The notes: generated by a model from the sequence alone, not told the origin. DNA of 64,000 nucleotides from Camelus ferus (GCF_009834535.1 NC_045696.1:45510001-45574000); one strand, 5' to 3'. Shown: positions 40,643-52,882, counted from the first letter of the stretch. A program made the numbers and translations.

Positions 40643-41944
40643 CAGTTGGGAGCAAGGATACTTATATCCCATGCGGGTCCTCAGCCAATTTATAAAAGAA
40701 CTCTATCAAATGTTAGACACACTATTGTCTTCTTCAGGCCATGGTTAGGTCATGTAGTGTCTTTTAACTAGGTGACAGAACATTTTCTTAAAACCCTATT
40801 CTCCATCTATCCCCCAAATAAGAGGCTTTTCCTCTTCAGGCATCATAAACTCCTCTCCCAGGACACCTGTCACTAATGAGTCTCTTTGGGCAACTCCATT
40901 CAGGTACAGCTAACTGGTAGATGAAATACTCAAGCAAGGTCTGAAAACCTTCACCCTAAGAAACATCCATTCCCTAGACAGCTGGAGCAGAACAGAACAC
41001 AGCATCTTGAAGTCTAGCAGTCCCACTACAAGCCAGTATGAACCCGGCAACCTGAATTTCCATCACCTCCATTCCATCTCTCTGCTCCACCAACTTCATC
41101 AAGGTTGTGCCATGATACTCTGTTTTCATGATGTGTACTGGTACTGCCACTGCCATTCATTCAGGTATCCTGCAAATGCTATGTACCCTGTTAGGCAATG
41201 GAGATGCATAGATTGAAAGGACATGGCTTCCAGCTTCAAGAAGATAGATCACAGAAGCAGGCAGGCAGGCATTAAGAGCAGTACAGAGCAAGATTTTAAG
41301 CATTCAGTAAGTGTCCTTTGTTTGATAAACCCTCACACACATTGGCTTTTCCAAAGTCATGTCCAAGTCTATCCCTCTCTGGATCATTAAGTCAATTCAG
41401 GCTTCTGGCCAAGAGAAGTATTCCAGGCCCTGCTAAAAGCTTTCCTAGGCTTGCCACAGGCTCAGCATTGGGAAGAGCTGATATCTAGAGTTGTGTTTGG
41501 AGTATGGGCCACAAGGTACCTCACAATATCCCAATTTCCTGATTTCGAATGATTTATACATCACATTCTAGTGTAAATATTTCTCATAATGTGCATGAGG
41601 AGTTGAGGTGGTGACAGTTAACACTGATTGTGAGTAAAATTATTTTAGATAGTTTGAGGTTAGGACATCAAAATAATTTTCTTTTATCCACCAGTACTTT
41701 TGATCACTTAAAAAGAAGAGTCTCTGGACAGTGTCTATATATATTTGATACCACTCTAAGTAAGATTAGGAAAAAAAGGAAATGAGAGGGGTTTCAGAGC
41801 ACTTGACAAATAAGTACAAAGTACTAGTATTAAATTACATTTGCATGGTAATTTTTTTGCATGCTTACCTGTACATATGACAACAATGCTGGTTTTCTAT
41901 TCAAGTGTTAGCATAAAGTTACCCTTTCAATAAACTTATTTCAA

Positions 41945-42100
41945 TTTTCATAATGGATATATTCATACAATGGACTACTATGCAGTCATAAAAAGGAATA
42001 AACTACAGGTACATGCAGCAACATTGATGAGCACATGATATTGTGTGACAAAAGCCAGATCCAAAAGAAAAAAACTGCATACTGTATGCTTCTAACTTGC
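41945..42100 (+). mobile_element. Ancient L1 fragment (ORF2 end)
   Basis: TATATTCATACAATGGACTACTATGCAGTCATAAAAAGGAATAAACTAC...CATGCAGCAACAT...AAAAGCCAGA. Confidence 0.7.
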
Positions 42101-42179
42101 TATATTTAAAATCCATGCATTTTTAAATGCACTTTAACTCAGGAGATTGAGAGAGAGTGAGAGAGCTAGATAAGAGTGT

Positions 42180-42925
42180 GTATTTTAGGCAAAAATGACA
42201 GATATATTACACAGAGTTACACTGTTTCACGAAGACAAGAAACTGCCTTCTGTGTGGCCAAGAGAGGTCCCCGTGCAATTTAGAAGTTAGATACGAAGTT
42301 GTCATTCCCCAGAGGTGGTTGTAGTTAGACATCATGTCTGTCCATCACAGAGGTACCCAGTTATCCTTGCTCTCCTTTGTTCATTACCCAGCTCCTCTCC
42401 CTGACCCTGACCCTGTTGACATTTTGCAGCCCCAGGCTCATCACCACATACTTACTTGTGTAGCCAAAGAGCTGGTACCTATTTCCATAGACTCTTCACA
42501 CATTTCCCCTCTGCAGTCCCACTTCAGAAGTGAACATACTTGGCTTCTCAGATGTTCCTGCTATCATGTTGCCAGATAAATAAAAATTTAACTGGGTGTC
42601 CTGTATTTTAAGATAAACAATGAAAAAAATTTCAGCGTAAGTATATTTCATCTATTGCATGGGATATCTTATGCTAAAAATTATGTTATTTATCTGAAAT
42701 TCAAATTTAACTGGGTGTTACGCAGTTTTAGTTGCAAAATATAGCAACTTAATCCTGCAGTTCTGACTCATACCTGTGTATGGAACGATTGGTGCCTAGC
42801 ACTCCCCCTTTTAGACTTTCACTTCCCTAGGTTATTGCACACATTCATTTATGAATATCATAAATCCCTCATTCATATAATTCATACTGGGGCTATGTTT
42901 TCCTGACTGAACTTTGAAGGATACA
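42180..42925 (+). mobile_element. Old ERVL-type solo LTR interrupted by MER53
   Basis: The 3' terminus TTTCCTGACTGAACTTTGAAGGATACA resembles ERVL LTR ends (…CTGACTGATACA). Exact family not determined. Confidence 0.45.
42565..42751. mobile_element. MER53 palindromic non-autonomous DNA transposon
   Basis: Termini GTTGCCAGATAAA ... ATAGCAAC. Internal inverted arms AGATAAACAA / TTATTTATCT and AAATTCAAATTTAACTGGGTGT. Candidate 8-bp TSD TTCCTGCT (42555-42562) / ATCCTGCA (42752-42759). Confidence 0.85.
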
Positions 42926-44924
42926 GGGTATCAATTTAAGGGGAAAGTGCTAATTAAATGCATGCGCATAGGAAACTTAGCGATGACCAAATTCCAGCAA
43001 GTGGTGAGCTGCTCTAAGATTGCATGCATCACCACACTTGCCACTGAGGTGCACAGAGTAGATTCTCTCCACTGACAACAGCTCAGCATCATGTTTACAT
43101 AAGTATATCTCAAATTTGGTTTTCCTCATCTTTACACTGGTGACCTCATACCTTGATGACACCAGAAGATAAAGTCTGTTATAGTCATGAGAAGACCATG
43201 CATTTTAAAGTCTAACAAGTACATAAGACAACCTTGCTTTACAAATCTGTAATGTGGGCTTCATAATCCCTACTTTGTACAATACTGTGAGGATTGTTTC
43301 ACACAGGTAAAATTCCTAACAGAGCAACTGCCACAAAGTAAGTATTTTTCATAGGATGTTTTATCTTAGTGGAAAAACAACTTCTATCCTTTAAAATATT
43401 TAATTTTCATACTCTGGAGGTTTGCACACATCTTGCACAGCCACCTTTTCAGCCCTCTGGCTTCTGGGAAATATATTCAAATTACTGAAGTCTTTCATTT
43501 AGTCATGAACTTGCAATGCCCTTTTTTCTCTTAGAAAGCAGGCACACCCCAGGGTTTATTTTAGACCTTAATACCTTTGAGCTACATATATATGAGTCAT
43601 GTTTGATTTTGCTGACATGTTTACATTTTCAGGATCATAGAAACTGGTTGTTTCAGATGATTTGAGTTAGTGGTATTTTGTTTAAATCCCCAAAGGAGTG
43701 GGAGAACCTTTATGAAAATCCAATTTTTTATTTGTTTTTTAACTTTGGCAGGAAGAAGAGAACTAAGTCTGGAAATAATAAAAATTTAGGGCTGATACAT
43801 TGCCAAAATAAGAAATGAATGAGTCAGAAAAGCACACACACGCACAAAAAACTTGAACTGGCTACATATGAGGACGTTAAAGAATTTTTATATATTTTTA
43901 AATGTGATGATGGTATTATGTTTCTGTTAAAGGAAATAATCTTTATCATTTAGTGATTAAGAAGAAAACAGAAAGGTTGGAAAGCATGCCTTGATTTGAT
44001 GGAATAAGAATATTTCATCCAGCATAAGGTGATGCCTATCTAACTAAATAGAGACACCAAGATTCTTTGCTCCCCTTTGGGAGCTGTAGAGAGGCATTCT
44101 GGGTAGAATCGGAAACTGAGTCACTCTGAACACAGAAGTGATGACAGAAACAACCTTTAAATAAGGAGAGACACCACCTTGTGGAAAGACTGAGAAAATA
44201 TTCCTGACCTCCTCTTTCACTTCTATAAACAATCTCCCTCTGTCCAGCCACATTGCCAGTTCTTATTCATCCTCTCATCCTAACCCCCAAATTCTAATCC
44301 CAACTCACTGCTCCAGAAAAAAGGACAGGTCTTGTTCCCCTATCACTTTCTGCAAAGCTTTAAGAACCATTTCATCTTCTCCAGCTCCTGTTGGCTCCCA
44401 ATTCTTTTGCAATGCTTTTCTTCAGTAGATCTTAGGGAACACACAGTTATGCCAAGTCCCTTTCCCTACCTGTTCTTCCTGTATTTCCCCTGTCATTTCA
44501 CTGAGTGGCCATCTACCAGCTCTGTCCTTCCCCCTCTAGAAAAGTCTCTCAGATGCATTCACTTTACTACTATTATTATCTGTTGCCTGAAATACTGAAG
44601 TAGTTTCTTAAGAATTCACCATGTCTTCAATATTTCCCCCAATTAATCTACCTTCACATTGTTGAAGTCATTAAGATGTGCTTTTAAAAAAAATCTTTCC
44701 CCTGATTTATAATTTGTAGTTCTTCAATATCTATAGAAAAGAAAAAAGGAATTTCCTTAAGTTAAAATATTTATATAAGTGTTGTCTATTTATCATGACA
44801 AATTTACTTTACTACAATTTCATGAGCATAGTGACTTTGTGTGTAATATTTCACGGCTGTAATCCCATCTAATAAAATCTGTTAAGTCATTCCTCAATAC
44901 ATATATATTACATTAACAGCATTA

Positions 44925-45120
44925 ATAATAATAAAAGCTATGCTTCTTAGCACTTATTATGTGTCAGGAATTACATTGAGTGTATTGCATATAAAATGTC
45001 ATTCAAACCTCAAAATTAATCATTTAAGAGAGGGACTTTCATTATCTCCATTTTACATATGAGAAAATTGAGGCAAAGAGAGGTTAAGCAATTTGTCCAA
45101 GTTTGTAAGGCTATCAAGTA
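44925..45120 (-). mobile_element. MIR SINE
   Basis: AATAATAATAAAAGCTA...AGCACTTATTATGTGTCAGG...ATTATCTCCATTTTACATATGAGAAAATTGAGGCAAAGAGAGGTTAAGCAATTTGTCCAAG. Confidence 0.8.
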
Positions 45121-45714
45121 ATTCAATTGGTTAAGTTGATTCATTCAAAAAATACTTATGAAAAATTTACTGTTTTCCAGGCACTTCTGCTGTTATTTTA
45201 TTAGTGATAGAGCAACAAACAAAACAAACAAGGTCCCTAATCTCACGGAAGCTGGAACACTGGGGTGGACTGGGCAGAGGAAAAATAAGGGCAAGTGATA
45301 ATAAGCTTTGTGGACCACAGAATTTCGGTATTTTAAGCCCCATTTCCACAGGCAATTGTTTAAAATAGTCATAAAAAACCCAAGGAATGTATAGTTAACA
45401 GGAAGGAAGGATTACAATCCATCAGAATAACTATCTCAAAGAAACCACTCCTTCTTACAGCTTAACAAATGATTTTCATTCATATATTACTTGTGCCCAT
45501 GCCGGGAGAGAGGGTCTCAAATCATAGAAGACATACAAGTAAAAGGGAAGAAGCAATCACTAGAGCAGGCCATGGCCACTATGGTAAAAATTTAGATGGT
45601 TTTAGCTCCTCATAAATGCAATCAGAGACTTTCCTCTTCCCTCAATCTTGTGTCTCCAGAATAGTGACACTGCTGGCTTAAAAAAAAAATAAGATTAGGT
45701 GAACATTTATATCA

Positions 45715-47108
45715 GGAAGACAAAAAATCAGACCCTGAGACAAGTGCTAGGAGTTTATTTGGGAGGTGATATCACAGAGCACAGTGAGGGAGGGGGAAGT
45801 AAGTCAGAGAAGGGAGGGAGGAGAATCAGAAAGTGTGTGTCAATGGCTAGTAAGCACATGAAAAAAATGCTCAACATCACTAATTATCAGAGAATTGCAA
45901 ATCAAAACTACAATGAGATACCACCCCATACCAGTCAGAATGGCCATCATTCAAAAGTCTACAAATGACAAATGCTGGAGAGGGTGTGGAGAAAAGGGAA
46001 TCCTCCTACACTGCTGGTGGGAATGTAGGTTAGTGCAATCATTATGGAAAACAGTATGGACAGTCCTTAAAAAACTAAAAATAGAGTTCCCATGTGATCC
46101 AGCAATCCCATTCCTGGGCATTTAACTGGAGGGAACTGTATATTGAAAAAAATGCATGCACCCCAATGTTTACAGCAGCACTGTTTACAATAGCCAAGAC
46201 ATGGAAACAACCTAAATGTCCATTGACAGATGACTGGATGAAGAAGTTGTGGTATATTTATACAATGGAATAACTACTCAGCCAACAAAAAAGAATAAAA
46301 TAATGTAATTTGCTGCTACATGGATGGACCTGGAGATCATCATTCTAAGCAAAGTAACCCAGAAAGAGAAACAAAAATACTATACGATATCACTTATATG
46401 TGGAATCTAAAAAACAAAACAAACAAACAAAAACCTATAAATGAACTTACTTAGAAACAGATTCAGACATAGAAAACAAACTTATGATTACCAGGAGGGA
46501 GGGGGTGGGAAAGGATAAATTGAGAGTTCAATATTTGCAGATACTAACTAATATATGTAAAATAGATAAACAACAAGTTTATACTGTATAGCACAGGGAA
46601 CTATATTCAATATCTTGTAGTAGCCTATAATGGAAAAGAGTATAAAGAGGAATATATGTATGTATATGTATGGCTAAAACATTATGCTGTACACCAGAAA
46701 TTGACACTACATTGTAAAATGACTGTACTTTAATAAAAAATTTTAGTAAAGAAAGTGTGTGTTAACGACAAGATTACCACTATGAGCAACTTCGGTTGAG
46801 TGTCACGAGGGGCCTCTGAGAAACCAAAGCGAGCATATGTCAAAACTCCAGGACGCAAAGGGCCTGAAGCTGGGCGTCTATCCACAGACCTCAAGCCCTC
46901 ATTTATTGTGAGCTGCTCCTGAGGCATCACCTCTCCAGCACTTTCGTCCTGCCCCACTCATGGGGTCAGATTAATCTCCCAGACTCCCAGTTAGAGTCAC
47001 AAGTGCTCAAGGGAAAGCAATAGGTCTGTGTGGGGACTTCCCATCGAAGCTGCAGGTGAGCTCAGGGAATCCAGGGGGACATGGCAGGCACCAGCTTCAT
47101 CTGTTACA
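45715..47108 (-). mobile_element. ERVL solo LTR, LTR16C-like, split by the L1 at 45841-46749
   Basis: CAGACCCTGAGACAAG...GTTTATTTGGGAGGTGAT lies left of the L1. The element continues on the right (GTGTTAA...ATTACCACTATGAGCAACT...) and ends GGCACCAGCTTCATCTGTTACA, resembling the recalled LTR16 consensus in reverse. Confidence 0.75.
45841..46749 (+). mobile_element. 5'-truncated LINE-1 (ORF2 3' part plus 3' UTR) inserted in an LTR16 element
   Basis: Peptide [54 protein letters not shown] is the L1 ORF2p cysteine-rich domain, followed by a cetartiodactyl-type 3' UTR. 13-bp TSD AGAAAGTGTGTGT at 45828-45840 and 46750-46762. Confidence 0.95.
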
Positions 47109-48329
47109 GACCAGGAAAAGGGCCAGTCACCCACGCTTCTCAGACAGTCACAGAGACAGACCTGTAAACTGACTCCAGGCCCAATTCTATACTTTCTAAA
47201 ATTTACAGAATCTCTGTAAACGGATTCACAGTGGAATTAAACCAAGTTCTCATCACAGATAAAATATCCTACAGGGAATTATTCCTAACACTTCACCTGC
47301 TTTCTTATGGTGAATCAACATAGACAAACTGTGTCAAAGATAAACTTCAGAAAAATTTAGATTGAGCTCTCTCAAAAGAAAACAAAATAATCTATGCACG
47401 TCTTTTCTCTCAGCAAAATCTTAATGCGCTGGTTTCAATCCCTCCATACAGTAAACCAGTATCTTCGTTCAGGGAGAGAAACTTCTGTGACTTGAAATGT
47501 TGTCATGAAGTAAAAAATATATATATTCATATAGAGATAAATGAAGTTTTATATATATAACATATATTTACATTCTGAACATATATTCCAAAGGTAACTT
47601 TCATCATCTTTTAAGACTGAAATATTCTTCTCATTTTCCTCCATTCAAGGCATAGGAAAAATTCCAATGGCCATCAATTAAATCAATATGATCAGTCAAC
47701 AAAATTGAAATTTTGAATAAAAAGCTATGAAAGTAAGATTCACTTTCAAGTTATTACAAAGACTATAAATAAATCTTAGGATTTCATAAAGGATAAATAT
47801 ATACTTTCTTCTGAAAATTAGCCCATTGAATATATAATTAATAAATGATTCAGCTCATTTTCACAAATTACCCATATAATACGCATCTGAAGTAATTATC
47901 ATTGACTAGAACTGTGTATTTTCCTTACTGTTCACTAGTAATTTGGCACGCTGTAAGATTACAAAGGCATTTTTCTTTTCTTTTGTGTTTTTTACTTCAT
48001 CCTTGCCAGCTCCATTATTTGACTTTCATTTCTGTGAAAGTAACTATTACAGATACAGACCTACAGTTACAGCATAGTTCCCAGTGCCATTTGTTAGTCA
48101 AAGTTGTTCTTCTATAGGGGTAATTGATAAACAGCGATGGCTTTTGAGAACTTCATGGGGAGTTTCCCTTGTCCCTGTATGACCCGTTACCCATAGTTTA
48201 TTAAGAAAATGGTATTGATGTAATTCATTCTCATACAGGGAATGTTGGTGGACTCTGATTTCTACTGCAAAATTCGAATTGGGTTAAGAGACCCCTCTTC
48301 AGACCCTAGCATGTAGGATGTAGACCCAA

Positions 48330-48670
48330 TACTAAAGCTAAGATAGTCAGATATTTTAAACTTGAATTAGTCATCTAGAGATGAAGTTTGGAATTCATTT
48401 CCTGTGACACTGACCATGGTAGCAGTGGTATCCTACAGCAGAGCTGAGACACTGATACAGATGGAGTAAGTATGCTTGTGGTGCCAAGGTAGCATGTTCA
48501 CCAGACTATTCCTGGAATGTGTTCCTGGCTGGGTTTCCTACTTACTGAACTCCTACAATTCCTAATCTCAATTCTCAAGCCTTCCCATTGATTCTACAAC
48601 ATATCCAATATCCTTCCTCATACTTATATCTGTCATAATCCTTTTTTGTGCCTAAAAAATTATTGTCCTG
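48330..48670 (+). mobile_element. Degenerate ERVL LTR (LTR33-like)
   Basis: The 3' part, CAAGCCTTCCCATTGATTCT...ATCCAATATCCTTCC, resembles recalled LTR33-family ends. Confidence 0.45.
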
Positions 48671-48759
48671 ACACATTTTTAATTATAATATTAATAATGG
48701 TAGTGACTTCTTAAATGAGCAAAAATTGTCAGTGTTCAAAGTATTTTCACAAGCATTAT

Positions 48760-49887
48760 ATTTTTTCAGCTTTTTTGAGGTGTAACTGATACACAAAAAC
48801 TGCACATATTTAGTGTATGCAATTTGATGAGTTTGCATTTCTCTGATGATTAGTGATGTTGAGCACCTTTTCATATACCTGCTGACTATTTGCATACACT
48901 CATAATACCATCACCACAGTAAAGGTAACAAACTTATCCATTATTTCCAAAGGATTCCTTGTGTCTTTTGTGTGTCTGTGTGATAAGAATACTTTACGTA
49001 GTATCTACCCTCTTAATAGTTTCTTAAGTGCACAGTACCATATTGTTACATATAGGCATTATGTTGCATGGATCTCTAGAACATTCACCTTGTATAACTA
49101 TAACTTTATATTCATTGAACAATAACTCTAATTTCACCTTCCTCTCATACCCTGGACACCACCAATCATTTTTCTGTTTTTATAAGTTTGACAATTTCGG
49201 ATAACTCATGTAAGTGGAATAATGTAGTATTTGTCCTCTGTGACTAACATTTCACTTATCATAACATCTTTCAGGTTCATCCATGTTGTCGTAAATCGTA
49301 GGATTTCCTTCTTTTTACAGCTATGTAATATTCCATTGTATATACCATACTTTGTTTATTTGTCAGTGATCTTGTAGGTTATATCTATATGTTAGCTATT
49401 GTGAATTATGCTGCAAAAAGCTTCTGTGCACCAAAGGGAATAATTAACAGAGTAAAAATGTAATCTGTGGAATGGAGGAAAATATTTGCAAACCATGTAT
49501 TTGATAAGGAGTTAACTTCTAAAATATATAAGGAATTCTTACAACTCAAAAGCAAAGCAATAACCCAATTAAAAAATGGGCAAAGAAACTGAATAGGTAT
49601 TTCTCCAAAGAAGACATACAAATGAGCAACAGGTATATTAAAAAAAGTGCTCAATATTACTAATTGTCAGGAAAATGCAAACAAAAACCACAGTGAGATA
49701 GCACCTGACATGAAAAAGATACGTGTTGGTGAGTTTGCAGAGAAATTTGAAACTTGTATAATGTTGGTGGGAATGTAAAATCACACAACTGCAATGAAAG
49801 ACACTATGCAGGTCTCTTTAAAAATTAAAAATAGAACTACCATATGATCCAGCAATCCCACTTCTGGGTATGCATCCAAAGGGATTA
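48760..49887 (-). mobile_element. Old LINE-1 (L1MA/MB-type) with a 5' inversion (twin-priming structure)
   Basis: 48760-49415 is the L1 3' UTR and ORF2 end in minus orientation, ending ...GCTATTGTGAATTATGCTGCAA. 49416-49887 is the adjacent upstream part of ORF2 in plus orientation (AAAGCTTCTG...ACCATATGATCCAGCAATCCCACTTCTGGGTAT). Confidence 0.88.
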
Positions 49888-50893
49888 TTGCATTTGCTCC
49901 ATAATATCAGATAAAAATAATAATCTTAATGAGAGATTAAGCTATTTAGCAAGGTCATGTTGCTAGAAAGCGACAGAGCTTGAATCTGGCCTCCTGGCAC
50001 ACAATCCACGATAATAAACCATGATTATTTGTTTAGAAATGCAAAGCCTGCAGTTGATTTCATTAAAAAGAAAACTTTCAATTACCAAATCTTCTCCAAC
50101 TGAAGCCAATAGTAGTGAGACCAACAAATGGATGATTAACAGAATGTTTTACAGAAGGTGTCAACTGCTGCTGAGAGGCAGGGTAAGTCAAGATCTGAGA
50201 ATTGATGACTGCATCAAGCCTGCTGGAAGTCATTGGTGTATTCTTTTCCTTAGTATGAAGGTAAGTTTCAGGCCACACAAAATGTGTATCGTTTCTTATG
50301 TAACAGTGAAGAGAAGAAATTGCTTCCTAGATTTCCTCATTGGCTCAAATGGCTCAAAAACCATTCACTCACAGAGCCTGGGGAATGTCACTCTCTGATT
50401 TCCTTTGTCTGGCTGGTTCAAATGTCGCATTCCAGAGCTAGAAGTAGAGTAGTTACCCCTAAAATATTTGGATCATACAGTGGAAACATGGAAACTTGAA
50501 TGAAAATAGGGGTAGTTGTCAAGAGAAGGGAGAGCATGTACTGAGCAGGCATCCGCAATACTACACAATGGACATTGCATTACTTAGTTTCTGTGGCCAC
50601 TTGGAATAACATTATTTCCCTAATTTATGCAACCAGTCTTCATGTATTGCTAACTTAAAACCAGGTACCAAAGATTCAGCGGTATGCTAGACATAAAAGG
50701 AGGCACATTCTCCCTGATCTTGTACTTTCAAGAGGGAAGAGGAAATAAGCAAACAAATGAATAGGTTTATAGATTGTGGTGAGTATGGCCAAAGAAAAAA
50801 AGAAAACATTGTGACTGATGGTAAGGCAAGATACCACTTCAGAAACAATGATCAGAGAAGACCTCATTCTCAGCTGGATTTTACCTTTTTGCC

Positions 50894-51044
50894 TGTCACT
50901 GATATTGTAGGTTATTTCCATATGCTGGCTATCGTGAATTATGCCACAAAAAGCTTATGCACAACAAAGGAAATAATTAACAGAGTTAACAGAGTGAAAA
51001 TGCAACCTACGGCATGGAAGAAAATATCTGCAGACTATACACTT
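50894..51044. repeat. Second copy of the L1 inversion junction at 49361-49502
   Basis: It aligns colinearly with 49361-49502 across the minus/plus junction. I count about 27 mismatches over about 142 nt by eye, plus a 9-nt tandem duplication TAACAGAGT. Confidence 0.85.
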
Positions 51045-51960
51045 GTCTCTCAGAAGAGAAAGTGACATTCTTGGCAATCCTGTATTAGGAGGTAAGGGAG
51101 GAAGGAAAGATGATAAAGGAGGGAAGGAGGGAAGATTTACTAAAGACTGCACACTGGATAATCTTTTTACGCTGCTCTTGTTATTTTGAAGGCAATTAGA
51201 ATGTATTTTATTCTACTGCCTTGAAAATTTTAAAATCTTATACCTGTCTCAGGGACAGTTTGGAGAAAACTGTTAGATATAAAATCATTACACTTAAATG
51301 ACTGTCAGTGCTCTTGAAAATTTAATTACCCAGAGTAGTACTCCAAGCCATGTAACCAGGAAGGAAGGTAGTGGGGAGAAGAGAGGAGAGGGTTATGTAG
51401 CTGTTTCAAGGATGTGCACGTCCATAAAAATATTATGCAGAGCCAGCATGAAAGAGGTATTTATCACTTGTTTACTGAGTAAATATATGCATATTAATAC
51501 ATATTTTTATATAGAAAGTAGCATCAACAAACATACAGAGTATCCACTCACTGCAATGCTTTCACCTACATTTTTGTGATTGAAGGGAAATTGTATGATT
51601 AAAAGTGATAACCAATTCTCACAGAATAAATACATAAGCACTGGGACCACAGAAGAACACACAAGGAATAGTATATGAAAGTCTTAAGTGCATAAGCAAT
51701 GCCCATAAAATTGCTCCTCAGGTGCTTAAGTAAAACCAAAAACTTATTGGTTTTGGGAAATGAAGATGATATTATCTAGTTTCTTTGGTATCATTATGCC
51801 TTATGAAGGTCATTCCAATTTAGTTACAACTGCAAAACCATTGCAATAAATTGTATTTATCCCACTGACACAGATGAAATTGTGTTTCAGGAAGTGCACT
51901 TTGAGTGAAAAATAAGTGTCTTCCAGAAGTCAGTAAGCACATACATAACTCACTGGGGAC

Positions 51961-52430
51961 TGTGTAATAGCTAGTTTCCAAATATGGTCTCCAAATGAAT
52001 CAAAGTTCTGGGTCTTTGCACCCTTCTGTGGTCCTCTTCCATAGTGGTCCTAGGTTGGCATGTATAATCAAGATAATGCAGAAGTGATGCTGAGTGGCTT
52101 TCAAGATTAGGTCATATCAAGCCCTGCAACTTCTACTGGAGTTTCTTAAGATGGCTTTCTAAAGAAGTTCAGTGCCATGAAAGAATTTCAGCCGTTGTGA
52201 GACTTTGTAGAGAGGGGCCACTCAGAAAGAGGAAAAGAACTGCTTGACCCAGCTTTTCTAGCCATTCTAATCCAGGCACCAGACATGAAGAAAGAACCAC
52301 GTTGGTTCTTCCAACACCAACAGACCCCATGGAAGAGAATGGAAAAACCCAGCTGACAGCCAAAATTGAGGCCATAGACATAAGGTTCCAGCCAAGCTAT
52401 ACCAGTCATCTCCAAACATTTGAGCCACTC
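51961..52430 (+). mobile_element. MaLR solo LTR, MLT1F/G/H-like
   Basis: TCCAAATATGGTCTCCAAATGAA...GCAGAAGTGATGCTGAGTGGCTTTCAAGATTAGGTCAT...CCAGGCACCAGACATG. Confidence 0.7.
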
Positions 52431-52880
52431 ACAATGGCTGGACCATTTCAAGTTCACACTGATTTGCAGAGTGCAGCCCTTATTCTGTGTGTTCACAGGC
52501 ATTGCTTCCTTGGCAGGCTCTGGACTCCAACTGTGTCACTCCCAATCCCATAAGATTATCAAAAGTCTACCCAGTTTCTCACTTGCCTTTTGGCATTTTC
52601 CATATACTAGGCATCTCTTTCTGGGCTTTTTCTTACTCAAGACCTTGGAGTCCTCATTTTTCAGTGCCTTGTTACCTTTATGATACCTTCAAGTAGTTTT
52701 AAAAATATACAATTTGATTAGGTTTTCTATTTGTTCGTGGTGGGGAGACTGGCCCACATTTCCTAGTCACAGTGTGGTGCCAGAAGTGTACGTCCTCTCA
52801 CACAGTTTTTGTCTCTCAGGTGAGAGAGAATCTTTTTACTTTGGAGGAGAGATGCTCTTTTATTTTAGGGAAAGGGAAAA

Positions 52881-52882
<2 letters not shown>

